NCBI GenBank assembly: GCA_030263685.1
Contig: SZPJ01000003.1
Span: forward strand, 336,073-400,072
DNA: 64,000 nucleotides
Direction of reading: 5' to 3'
Origin: Chloroflexi bacterium CFX3
GTDB taxonomy: Bacteria; Chloroflexota; Anaerolineae; Aggregatilineales; UBA2796
Shown here: piece by piece, positions 1-8,148 of the stretch
Position numbering within the stretch: position 1 is the stretch's first letter
How the letters are laid out: each line of letters opens with the position of its first letter
Position numbers and translations under genes: made by a program
Notes under the pieces: model-generated
Told to the model about the DNA's origin: nothing
The model's input: only the letters and a program-made list of their open reading frames with translations
Databases searched by the model: none

Positions 1-1022
1 TCGATGTTCACCTCTGTGCTGGCGAGGTATTCCATCACCATTGCAGTTTCTTTGGGATGCTTGGTGCCAGCGAAGGCAACAATTGCCGTGCCGCCGGGCA
101 TTCCACCGCAGATACCGGTCTGCCCGCATGGCTGCGGCACAGCGCGCCACTCGAAGGCATCGGCGATCTCTTGGGTGAAGGCAGAAATCTGCCAACTGCC
201 GCTGTAATAGAAGACCAATTCGCCATTCACAAAGTACTCTTTAGCAGCACGGTAAGCGCCGCCGCCGCCAATCCAGACTTCAGGTGGCGTCAAGCCTTCG
301 TCGTGCCAGCGCTTCATCTCCAGCGCGAAGGCGCGGAAGCCTTCCGAATCCACCGTAAAGCGCCCAGTTGCAGGATCGAGAATTTGCGCGCCATAGCTCA
401 TCATTGGACCAAAGGCGCGGTGACCCGAACGGTCAATGGCAATGGCATACGGTGTGTTGGTCGCTTTTGCCACTTCGGTAGCCAGTGCGATCCACTCTGC
501 CCATGTAGTCTCATCGCCCTCAGGCACTGCAACACCTGCTTGCTCAAAGAGGGTGACATTGATGAACGGCCCGCCAATGCCCACGGAGCGCGGGAAGCCG
601 TAAATGCCCTTGTCTTCACCGCCCGGCACGCGCAGCCAGGTCAGGAAGGACTCAGGGTAGTTCGCCTCGAACGCCTCAGCGTCTGCCAGCAGTGGGCGCA
701 GGTCAAGGTATCTGCCTTGGAAACGCCCAAGCTGCGTGATGCTGGCCATATCCGGCGGCGTGCCACCTTCAATGTTTGCCTGAAGCGTGTTGTGCAGATC
801 GCTGAAACCGACCACATCCAAGGTCACCTTGATGCCGGGATTTGCCGCCTCAAATTTGTCGAGGGCGGCGCGGTAAACTTCGCCTTCGTTGCCATCGTTA
901 TACCACAAGATGCGAAGCTCGACGGTTTGGGCGCTGACGGATGTGCCAAGCGCACCGAACAGGAGGGCTGCCACCATCAGCAGCGCCAAGAGACGGAAGG
1001 TTTTGCGGGAGACAGAAAACAT
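1..1022 (-). CDS. ABC transporter substrate-binding protein (extracellular solute-binding family 1, sugar-type), 3'-partial. It runs off the window start.
   Basis: Reverse-strand translation from the ATG at 1022 gives 'MFSVSRKTFRLLALLMVAALLFGALGTSVSAQTVELRILWYNDGNEGEVYRAALDKFEAANPGIKVTLDVVGFSDLHNTLQANIEGGTPPDMASITQLGRFQGRYLDLRPLL...'. That is a signal peptide followed by a typical family-1 SBP fold. The GAAGGTGA RBS sits 6 nt upstream. The + strand ORF 57..1097 is its antisense shadow. Confidence 0.75.
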   Translation of the reverse strand, partial: MFSVSRKTFRLLALLMVAALLFGALGTSVSAQTVELRILWYNDGNEGEVYRAALDKFEAANPGIKVTLDVVGFSDLHNTLQANIEGGTPPDMASITQLGRFQGRYLDLRPLLADAEAFEANYPESFLTWLRVPGGEDKGIYGFPRSVGIGGPFINVTLFEQAGVAVPEGDETTWAEWIALATEVAKATNTPYAIAIDRSGHRAFGPMMSYGAQILDPATGRFTVDSEGFRAFALEMKRWHDEGLTPPEVWIGGGGAYRAAKEYFVNGELVFYYSGSWQISAFTQEIADAFEWRAVPQPCGQTGICGGMPGGTAIVAFAGTKHPKETAMVMEYLASTEVNI

Positions 1023-1212
1023 TTTGATCACCTTCTATACGTAAACGAAAAATTTTCGGAGCGGCGACAGCATGTGCTGTACTGTGAAAATATATAGCAC
1101 GCAACGCGTTTGGCTGCAACATTTGGGCGCAACAACCCCTAGCTTGCGCTGTTACGTTTAGTTCGTACACTAGGCAGTGTGCCGAACACCCACAAGCAAC
1201 GCGAGGTGACCA

Positions 1213-2142
1213 ATGCCCATCGAAAACCTGACTACAGAAGAATATCGCCGTTTGGTGAAGATCATGGCGGATATGCACGCTTGGCAGAGCATTCAGCAGC
1301 GCCAAGCGAACATGGAGATGGCAGGGCTGGAGCGCTTTAAGCGCCGTGTAGATTTTAATACGCCTGCTGATGTGTTTTCAGGATTGTTTGTGAGTGACCT
1401 TAGGCAGTTTGGCAGCCTAGAGGGCGAACCTGCTCTTGCCCGCTTGGTGCGCCACCTTGTAACCTTGCTTGGCGAAGGCGATGATCGCACCTTCCTAGAA
1501 AGCCTGCTGGGCAACTATGTGCAGCCACCCGATGCGCCAACGGCTGTGCTGCGTTCGGGTACAAACACGATCCTCTTTCTGAGCGCCAACCCACAACACG
1601 ATCTCGCCCTTGATAAAGAAATGCGCCTTGTGGAGCGTGCCATTCAACGTGCAAGCCGCCGCGATAAGTTCAACCTTGAAAAACAGACCGATCTGCACCT
1701 CAAGGATGTTCAAGAGCATCTACTGCGCTTTCAGCCGCACATCGTCCACTTTGCAGGGCATGGCGATAACGCTGGCAGCCTTGCGGTGCAGGGCGAAGGC
1801 GGCGCCATCGTCAGCGTGCCGATCACGGCGCTGCGCGAGACATTTGCGATCCTGCACGATAACATTCGCCTTGTCGTGCTGAACGCTTGTTGGTCGCAGC
1901 CGTTGGCAGCGGCACTAGCTGAGGTGGTGGATTGTGTGGTTGGCATGAGTGCTGAAATCACGGATGAGGCGGCGTGCGACTTTTCAGAGGCGTTCTACTA
2001 TGCGCTTGCCAGCGGCAGAAGTGTGCATGAGGCGTTCGCGCTAGGCGTCAATGCGCTTGACTTGCAACGGCTGCGCGCCTCAGCAGTGCCACACCTAACC
2101 TCGAAAGCGGGCGTGAACCCTGATCAAATCTATTTTGCCTAG
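1213..2142 (+). CDS. CHAT-domain (caspase-like Cys protease) protein with an N-terminal ~120-aa helical EAD/death-like domain
   Basis: His motif 'IVHFAGHGDNAG' and Cys motif 'RLVVLNACWSQP' are in the spacing and context typical of the CHAT/caspase His-Cys dyad. The N-terminal 120 aa are a separate helical module. A GAGGTGA RBS lies 5 nt before the ATG. Confidence 0.6.
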   Translation: MPIENLTTEEYRRLVKIMADMHAWQSIQQRQANMEMAGLERFKRRVDFNTPADVFSGLFVSDLRQFGSLEGEPALARLVRHLVTLLGEGDDRTFLESLLGNYVQPPDAPTAVLRSGTNTILFLSANPQHDLALDKEMRLVERAIQRASRRDKFNLEKQTDLHLKDVQEHLLRFQPHIVHFAGHGDNAGSLAVQGEGGAIVSVPITALRETFAILHDNIRLVVLNACWSQPLAAALAEVVDCVVGMSAEITDEAACDFSEAFYYALASGRSVHEAFALGVNALDLQRLRASAVPHLTSKAGVNPDQIYFA

Positions 2143-2277
2143 CGTTTGTGCAAATCGCACAAAGCGCGTCTATTTCCCTGCTTTCTGAATTAGGCGTAGA
2201 ATGTGATCACGCTGCACAGTTTTCCCCGTGCAGCGTGTTTCGTATCCGAGTGCCTGAACAAGGGATAAAGCGAATGT

Positions 2278-2967
2278 ATGAGTTCTTTCACAGTGAGTAC
2301 GCTTGCGCGCCGTTATGCGAAATCAGCAGTTATAGCCCAGCCCGCTGATGTGCGTGGCTGGGGTCTTTTTGCAGAGGCGGCGTTCGCAGCCGGCGAGCCG
2401 CTTTTTTGGGTAGATATCCACAACCGCGCACACAGCCACGTCCTCCACCAACACGAGGCCTTTGGCGAGTGTGATCCACGCTCTGTAACGCTGCTGCCGC
2501 AGGTTGCCTTTTGTTTCACCGCCGAACAACCGCTTTACTATGTTAATCATGCGTGCGACGCCAACAGCGGCTTCATCAACTGGGGCAGCTTGGAAGATGG
2601 CAAGCTGTGCTTTGCCGCCTTCCGTGACATTGCGCGTGGTGAGCAAATCACGGCGGATTATTCAGCGCTGACGCCTAAAGGTGATGGTTCGCCGCACGGC
2701 GATGCGTGGCAGATGTCCTGCTTATGCGGTCAGGCGGTCTGCCGCCACCTGATCGAAGGCTTTGATCGGCTTGCCATAGGCGATCAGAAGCGTTTCGCCC
2801 TCACCGAAAGCCCGCCCTACGGTCGGGTGATCGCCCACATCCTAGCCGAGTCGCCGCGTGCAGTGGAGGATTTATGCCTTGCTGCGCCGCACCACTTCAG
2901 GCACTATCAGGCGGCACTTGCCGAACAGCAAGCCCTTGCCGCCTACTTCAAAGCGCGGCTTGGTTAA
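2278..2967 (+). CDS. SET-domain protein (putative protein-lysine methyltransferase)
   Basis: N-terminal 'VRGWGLFAEAAFAAGEPL' matches the SET-N GWG motif. 'YVNHACDANS' matches the NHSCxPN core motif. 'EQITADYS' matches the ELTxDY motif. Post-SET cysteines appear at 'CLCGQAVCRH'. Confidence 0.7.
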   Translation: MSSFTVSTLARRYAKSAVIAQPADVRGWGLFAEAAFAAGEPLFWVDIHNRAHSHVLHQHEAFGECDPRSVTLLPQVAFCFTAEQPLYYVNHACDANSGFINWGSLEDGKLCFAAFRDIARGEQITADYSALTPKGDGSPHGDAWQMSCLCGQAVCRHLIEGFDRLAIGDQKRFALTESPPYGRVIAHILAESPRAVEDLCLAAPHHFRHYQAALAEQQALAAYFKARLG

Positions 2968-3041
2968 CGAGATAGACTTCGCAGGGCATGAGTCAGCTAT
3001 CGCTCGCCCAACACGCTTCCTTAGCACCGCCGCGCCTTTTT

Positions 3042-3070
3042 TTGACAACCACACAGGCGCGGCTTAAAAT
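3042..3070 (+). promoter_or_regulatory. Sigma-70-type promoter candidate for the EF-G paralog: TTGACA-17 nt-TAAAAT
   Basis: Near-consensus -35 TTGACA (3042-3047) and -10 TAAAAT (3065-3070) with a 17-nt spacer. The -35 is flanked by the 8-bp inverted repeat GCCGCGCC/GGCGCGGC. A ~125-nt leader precedes the ATG at 3197. Confidence 0.4.
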
Positions 3071-3196
3071 TCGGTTAATGGTCAGCATGAACGCCGCACA
3101 TATGCCTCTCTGAAAAGGCATTTTCAGGGCTAGTTCGTGCTATCTGAATAAGTAACCTTTAGCGAAAGGGAAATCGCCGCATTTTTGGCGAACGCT

Positions 3197-5278
3197 ATGA
3201 AAGAGTATACCACCGAATTTATACGCAACGTGGCATTGGTTGGGCATCAGGGTGCGGGTAAAACCAGCCTGACCGAGGCGCTGCTCTTTACGGCAGGCAA
3301 CACCACACGCATGGGCAAGATCGCCGATGGCACCACCATTTCCGATTATGATGAAGACGAAAAAACGCGCCAGCTTTCCATCAGCACTGCCCTTGTGCCA
3401 ATCGAGTTCCAAGATCATAAGATCAACCTACTCGACACACCCGGCTACACCGATTTTCAAGGTGAGGTGAAAAATGCCGTGCGCGTCTGCGATTCTGTGC
3501 TGGTCGTGGTGGATGCTGTTCACGGTCCTGAAGTCGGCACGGAGCTGGCCTGGCAGTTTGCCGATGAATTTAACCAGCCCTTATTAGTGGTCATCAACAA
3601 GATCAACCGTGAGAACGCCAGCTTTCAGCGCACATTGGAAGCGCTGCATGTGCGCTTCCCAGAATATAAATTTGTGCCAGTGCTGCTGCCGATTGGCGAA
3701 GGCGCAGCCTTCCAAGGCGTGATCAATGTGCTAACCCAAAAGGCATACTACGGCGCAGGCGCAGAGCGCAGCGAACCGCCTGCCGAGATGCTCGCCCAGA
3801 TTGAGCAGGCACATCTCGCCCTGATTGAGGCGGCGGCAGAGGCAAGCAACGAACTGGTCGAGAAGTATTTCGAGACGCAGACGCTCAGCTTTGAGGAAAT
3901 TCGTGACGGAATGCGGATGGCTGCCCGTGACGCCGACCTGAAAACCGTCCCCGTGCTGGTTGCCAGCGGTGAGCTGAACATCGGCACCTACCCGATCCTT
4001 GAGGCGCTTTTGGTCTACGTCTCGCCGCCTTCACAGCGCCGTGTGGCGCTGGCAGGCAAGCCTGATGAAGAAGTGCAGTTCCTTGATCGTCCACAATCGG
4101 ACGATAAACCGCTTGGTGCGTTCGTTTTTAAGACCGTCTTTGATCGCTTCGTTGGCACCCTGAACTACTTCCGCATTTTCAGCGGCAAACTGGAGAGCGG
4201 ACATACCTATTTCAACGCCGAAAAAGGGCAGGAAGAGCGGCTTGGGCAGCTTTTGGTGATGCGCGGCAAGGAGCAAATCTCTGTGCCTGTGCTGCACGCC
4301 GGCGATATTGGCGCAGTGGCAAAGCTGAGCGCTACGCAAACCGGTGATACGCTCTCCACTAAAGAGAAGCCGCTCATCATCCGCAAGCCCACTTACCCTG
4401 ATCCGATCTATTCGGTTGCCCTTGAGCCAAAGACGCAGGCAGATGGCACCAAGATGGGAACGGCGCTGACGCAGCTTGTGCAGGCAGACCCGACCTTGCG
4501 CTGGCGGCAAGATCCAGATACCAAGCAGGTGGTGCTTTCAGGCATGGGCGATATTCATATCGCAGTTGCCATTGGGCGTGCCGAACGCACAGGTGTTGGC
4601 TTGAACATCTCTGTGCCAAAAGTGCCGTACCGCGAGACGATCACCAAGACTAGCACCGCCATGTACCGCCATAAGAAGCAGACCGGCGGCGCAGGGCAGT
4701 TTGGTGAGGTGCATCTGCGCCTAGAGCCGCTGCCCGAAGGCGGCTATGAATATGTCAATGAAGTGGTTGGCGGCGCAATCTCGCACTCATTCATCCCATC
4801 CATCGAGAAGGGCGTGCGCTCGGTGATGGATCAGGGTGTGTTGGCAGGCTGCCCAATTGTGAACGTGAAAGTTGCTGTTGTGGATGGCAAGATGCACCCT
4901 GTTGACTCGAAGGATATTGCCTTCCAGATCGCCGGGCGTGAGGCATTCAAAGAGGCGTTCATGCAAGGGGCACCATCCCTGCAAGAGCCGATTATGAGTG
5001 TGCGCGTCGTAGTGCCAGAAGAAAACATGGGCGATGTGATCAGCGATCTGACCACACGGCGCGGGCGCGTGCTGGGTATGGATACCGAGAAGGGGCGCAG
5101 TGTGGTCACCGCGCACGTGCCGCTTGCCGAAATGCAGCGCTACAGTAATGATCTGCGCTCTATGACGGGCGGGCGCGGCGTCTATACCATGTCCTTTGAG
5201 CGCTACGAGACCGTGCCAAGCCACGTTGCACAGCCGATCATTGCCAGCTATAAGGCAGAGGCAAGCAACGACGCTTAA
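3197..5278 (+). CDS. Elongation factor G paralog (EF-G2-like translational GTPase)
   Basis: G1 'VGHQGAGKTSLTEALL', 'DTPGYTDF', 'NKINRE' and the full five-domain EF-G length. The N-terminus 'MKEYTTEFIRNVALVGH' is typical of the EF-G2 subfamily. An alternative TTG start lies at 3185. Confidence 0.85.
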   Translation: MKEYTTEFIRNVALVGHQGAGKTSLTEALLFTAGNTTRMGKIADGTTISDYDEDEKTRQLSISTALVPIEFQDHKINLLDTPGYTDFQGEVKNAVRVCDSVLVVVDAVHGPEVGTELAWQFADEFNQPLLVVINKINRENASFQRTLEALHVRFPEYKFVPVLLPIGEGAAFQGVINVLTQKAYYGAGAERSEPPAEMLAQIEQAHLALIEAAAEASNELVEKYFETQTLSFEEIRDGMRMAARDADLKTVPVLVASGELNIGTYPILEALLVYVSPPSQRRVALAGKPDEEVQFLDRPQSDDKPLGAFVFKTVFDRFVGTLNYFRIFSGKLESGHTYFNAEKGQEERLGQLLVMRGKEQISVPVLHAGDIGAVAKLSATQTGDTLSTKEKPLIIRKPTYPDPIYSVALEPKTQADGTKMGTALTQLVQADPTLRWRQDPDTKQVVLSGMGDIHIAVAIGRAERTGVGLNISVPKVPYRETITKTSTAMYRHKKQTGGAGQFGEVHLRLEPLPEGGYEYVNEVVGGAISHSFIPSIEKGVRSVMDQGVLAGCPIVNVKVAVVDGKMHPVDSKDIAFQIAGREAFKEAFMQGAPSLQEPIMSVRVVVPEENMGDVISDLTTRRGRVLGMDTEKGRSVVTAHVPLAEMQRYSNDLRSMTGGRGVYTMSFERYETVPSHVAQPIIASYKAEASNDA

Positions 5279-5307
5279 AAGGACTGCCTAGGCATCTCAC
5301 AAACACT

Positions 5308-5349
5308 GCGGCGGATGGAAGACTTTCCCATCCGCCGCATTTTGTTTTG
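5308..5349. terminator. Intrinsic terminator hairpin (11-bp GC stem GCGGCGGATGG/CCATCCGCCGC followed by a T-run), between convergent genes
   Basis: Stem 5308-5318 pairs with 5328-5338, followed by ATTTTGTTTT. It sits between the EF-G paralog (+) and the TadE-like gene (-). Confidence 0.5.
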
Positions 5350-5415
5350 GTGTGTCTTGTTGTGTGAGCGCTTCAAGCTGATCAAGAGATGACCAGCTTG
5401 AGCGCTTATTGGTCG

Positions 5416-8127
5416 TTAGTTCCCGCAGAAGGGGAAGCACGAGTCGTCTGGCAGGGTTGCCGTTGGTGGCGGCGTCGCTGTTGCCACAGGTGGCGGTGTG
5501 TTGGTTGCCAACTGTGTTGGTGTGCGCGTTGGTGTGTTGGTGCGCGTTGGTGTGTTGGACGGCGTGCGCGTTGGCGTGCGCGTCGGCGTGTTGGAGGGTA
5601 TTGGCGTGATGGATGGCGTCGGCGTGCGCGACGGCGTCAGCGTTGGCGTACGTGTATTGGTTGGCGTGCGCGTCGCTGATGGTGTAAAGGTTGCTGTGTT
5701 GGTCGGCGTGCGCGACGGTGTGAAGGTGCGCGTTGGTGTGTTGGTGCGCGATGCCGTTGGTGTGATGGACGGCGTGAAGGTGCGCGACGGCGTCTGCGTG
5801 ATCGTCGGCGTGTTAGTTGGCGTGCGCGTTGGTGTGCGCGTCGGCGTGTTCGACGGCGTGAAGGTGCGCGACGGCGTGAAGGTCTGCGATGGTGTGAAGG
5901 TGCGCGACGGCGTCAGGGTCAGGGTTGGCGTCGTGGTGAAGGTGCGCGATGGCGTCAGGGTGTTGGTTGCCGTGCCGATAGGCGTTGCCGCCGGCGGCAA
6001 CGTGATCACGCAGCCGTTATCGAGCAGCACCGACGAGCCGTTGAAGTCCGAGACGAACACCAAGCCTGGGAACTGCGATTGCAAGTTCTGGTTAGTGCCA
6101 TCAAAGTCCACCCAGACGGCGTGCGAAGTGCCGACATCAATCGAGGGCGAAGTGCGCCACTCAGCGTCGGTAGAGCGCCCAACCGTGGGCGAGCCTGTCT
6201 CGCCGGGATTCTTCTCCCACATCACCACCGTATCTGTGGCGAAGGCGTTCGCGCCTTTTGCCGCCATGCGCGGTAACGACATGCCGACAAAGTATTGTTT
6301 CCAGAACATATCAAAGCCGACGATGGAGACGGGACGGTTGTAGGCAAGGTCGTTGTGGGCAAACTGGAAGCGCACCACACCGAAGGTCTGGAAGGTGACG
6401 AAGGTAAACGAGTAGAGCGCGCAGTTTGGCGCAGTGGTTGGCGTTGGGCTTGGCGGCGTTGCCGTCGGAATGCCTGTGTAGCGCACCACGCAGCGCTGAC
6501 CGCCGCCTGTGCCGTCCTCGGTGAGTGTGATCTCAAGTTCGGTGAAGTCGTGCCGTGTGAAGATGGTGTTGAGATCAGCAGGTCCGTTCACAAGGCGCAT
6601 TTGCCAAGTGGTGGTGGTGCCGGTGCCTGGCACTGCACGGTTCACCCAATTGGGCGCTGTGCCGTTCAGCCACACGGGACGGTTGCGGTCGATCACATCG
6701 CCCGAACGCACACGCGGCTGGCTGGTATCGTAATACCAGATATTCGAGGGCTGCGAGCTGATCTTGACCTGATCAGGGTAGATGTTCGGGTAGATTTGGT
6801 TCTCCGTCCACGCTACGCGCATGGACTCGATGAACATCGGCCCTGGGTTGGTATTCTGAATATCCACCTGCACAAGGTTGTTCACAAGGCGCGGATCGCC
6901 AACGAAGCCAACGTTCGTGCAGCTTGGCGTTGCCGAAGGCGTCACCGTCCAAGAGGGCGTCAGCGAAGGCGTTTGGGAGGGTGTTATCGTGCGGGTGGGC
7001 GTCGCCGAGGCTGGACCCGAACCGCCGGGTGTGTTGCTTGGGCGCGGCGTGAAGGTCGGACCGCCAAGGTTAGGCAGTTCCAGCACACGCGCCGAACGGA
7101 AGACCTCGTTGATCATGGTGCGGCGTGCTTCAAGGCGGATGTAAGGTTCATCTACCAACGGCAGCGGCGTGATGAGTGGGTGATTGAAGTAGACAACCAC
7201 TTCCACAAAGTCGCCCGGTCCGCCCGGATCAAACTGATTGACGCCCTGCCGCAAGCTAAGATCGCCGCCGTAATCATTCAGGGCATTCATATCCACGCCG
7301 CCGAACTCGATGACTTCGTTGATCGTGCAGAGGCGGATGCCTTCTGCCTGATAGCCGTAGACTGCTTTGTTAGAGGCAGTGGTAACATGCGCCCGTTCGT
7401 TTTTGTAGCGCGGCGCGGTAGAGCTAAAGCGGCCATCGCCCAGCGCAAGGCGCGAACTGCACACAAAGACGTGGAACCAGCCCGACTGTGTGGAGCCATC
7501 GCCGCCCGGCTCAGTGTTGATGCCCGTGCCGGGAATGCGGTACCAGGGCGCTAACGCCAAGCCACCCGCACCCACACGCGCCGCCGTCGTCATGGAGACG
7601 AGGCGCAGCACGTCTTGACGCAGCCAGCGGTGTTCATCAATGCCGGGATCGCAATTAATGCCATTATAGCGAGAAGCGAAAAACGACTCATCATCAGGAC
7701 CCGGCGAAGGACCGGCAAACTGATCAAAATGGAAGCGGTCGCCATTGATGGTTGTGCCGGTTGGGTTGAAGGCACCGAACTGATCGCCAAAGCGGCACGG
7801 CACGCCGTCACCACTTTGCCCAGTCCCGCCTGTGCCATCTGCCCATGGGTCCAGCACATTGTTGGGAATGTGCGGCGTCCATGGGTTATCAATGTTGTTG
7901 AAAAGCTGCTGATCATAGCGCCCGGTGACGCCATAACGGGCAGCAGCGCGAGCAGCATTTTGGATGGTCAGCCACGCTTGAAAGATGCGCCCAAACTCGA
8001 TGATGCCCCAGATCAACATGAGCAGAATTGGCAGGGTCAGTGCGAATTCCACTAAGGTTTGCCCTCTGCGACGGGCGCGTTTCGTCGCAGAGGGTGGGGT
8101 GTTGGATTGGCGGCGAAGATTGAACAT
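5416..8127 (-). CDS. TadE-like pseudopilin-family protein, 903 aa, with a large extracellular region and a C-terminal Pro/Thr-rich repeat tail
   Basis: N-terminus '[29 protein letters not shown]' is a TadE-type TM segment. The C-terminal ~190 aa are (T/S)P(T/S)(R/N)T repeats ending '[10 protein letters not shown]'. A GGGGGA RBS precedes the start. Confidence 0.6.
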   Translation of the reverse strand: MFNLRRQSNTPPSATKRARRRGQTLVEFALTLPILLMLIWGIIEFGRIFQAWLTIQNAARAAARYGVTGRYDQQLFNNIDNPWTPHIPNNVLDPWADGTGGTGQSGDGVPCRFGDQFGAFNPTGTTINGDRFHFDQFAGPSPGPDDESFFASRYNGINCDPGIDEHRWLRQDVLRLVSMTTAARVGAGGLALAPWYRIPGTGINTEPGGDGSTQSGWFHVFVCSSRLALGDGRFSSTAPRYKNERAHVTTASNKAVYGYQAEGIRLCTINEVIEFGGVDMNALNDYGGDLSLRQGVNQFDPGGPGDFVEVVVYFNHPLITPLPLVDEPYIRLEARRTMINEVFRSARVLELPNLGGPTFTPRPSNTPGGSGPASATPTRTITPSQTPSLTPSWTVTPSATPSCTNVGFVGDPRLVNNLVQVDIQNTNPGPMFIESMRVAWTENQIYPNIYPDQVKISSQPSNIWYYDTSQPRVRSGDVIDRNRPVWLNGTAPNWVNRAVPGTGTTTTWQMRLVNGPADLNTIFTRHDFTELEITLTEDGTGGGQRCVVRYTGIPTATPPSPTPTTAPNCALYSFTFVTFQTFGVVRFQFAHNDLAYNRPVSIVGFDMFWKQYFVGMSLPRMAAKGANAFATDTVVMWEKNPGETGSPTVGRSTDAEWRTSPSIDVGTSHAVWVDFDGTNQNLQSQFPGLVFVSDFNGSSVLLDNGCVITLPPAATPIGTATNTLTPSRTFTTTPTLTLTPSRTFTPSQTFTPSRTFTPSNTPTRTPTRTPTNTPTITQTPSRTFTPSITPTASRTNTPTRTFTPSRTPTNTATFTPSATRTPTNTRTPTLTPSRTPTPSITPIPSNTPTRTPTRTPSNTPTRTNTPTRTPTQLATNTPPPVATATPPPTATLPDDSCFPFCGN
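5455..5995. repeat. Degenerate 6/9/18-nt tandem repeat tract, coding for the PT-rich tail
   Basis: Reiterated GGCGTGCGCGTTGGTGTG-type units on the + strand encode TPTRTPT... on the - strand. Confidence 0.6.
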
Positions 8128-8148
8128 AGCCGTAGAGTCCCCCTAAAG

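Noticed and set aside
57-1097. 346-aa + strand ORF
   Set aside because: It is the antisense shadow of the ABC substrate-binding protein gene on the - strand. The translation is Ala/Arg/Gly-rich with no motifs.
2148-2348. 66-aa ORF overlapping the SET gene start
   Set aside because: It is an alternative frame across the SET-domain gene 5' end. The SET frame carries the conserved GWG motif.
5455-5995. Possible CRISPR-like array
   Set aside because: The units are 6-18 nt with no unique spacers. They are in-frame coding repeats with no cas genes nearby.
5498-6343. 281-aa + strand ORF full of VGVRVGVL repeats
   Set aside because: It is the mirror-frame translation of the PT-repeat tract of the TadE-like gene. 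The repeat makes every frame open.
6295-7554. 419-aa + strand ORF (Arg-rich)
   Set aside because: It lies wholly inside the 903-aa TadE-like gene on the opposite strand. Its high-GC codon-shadow composition (R/A/G-rich) indicates a non-coding frame.
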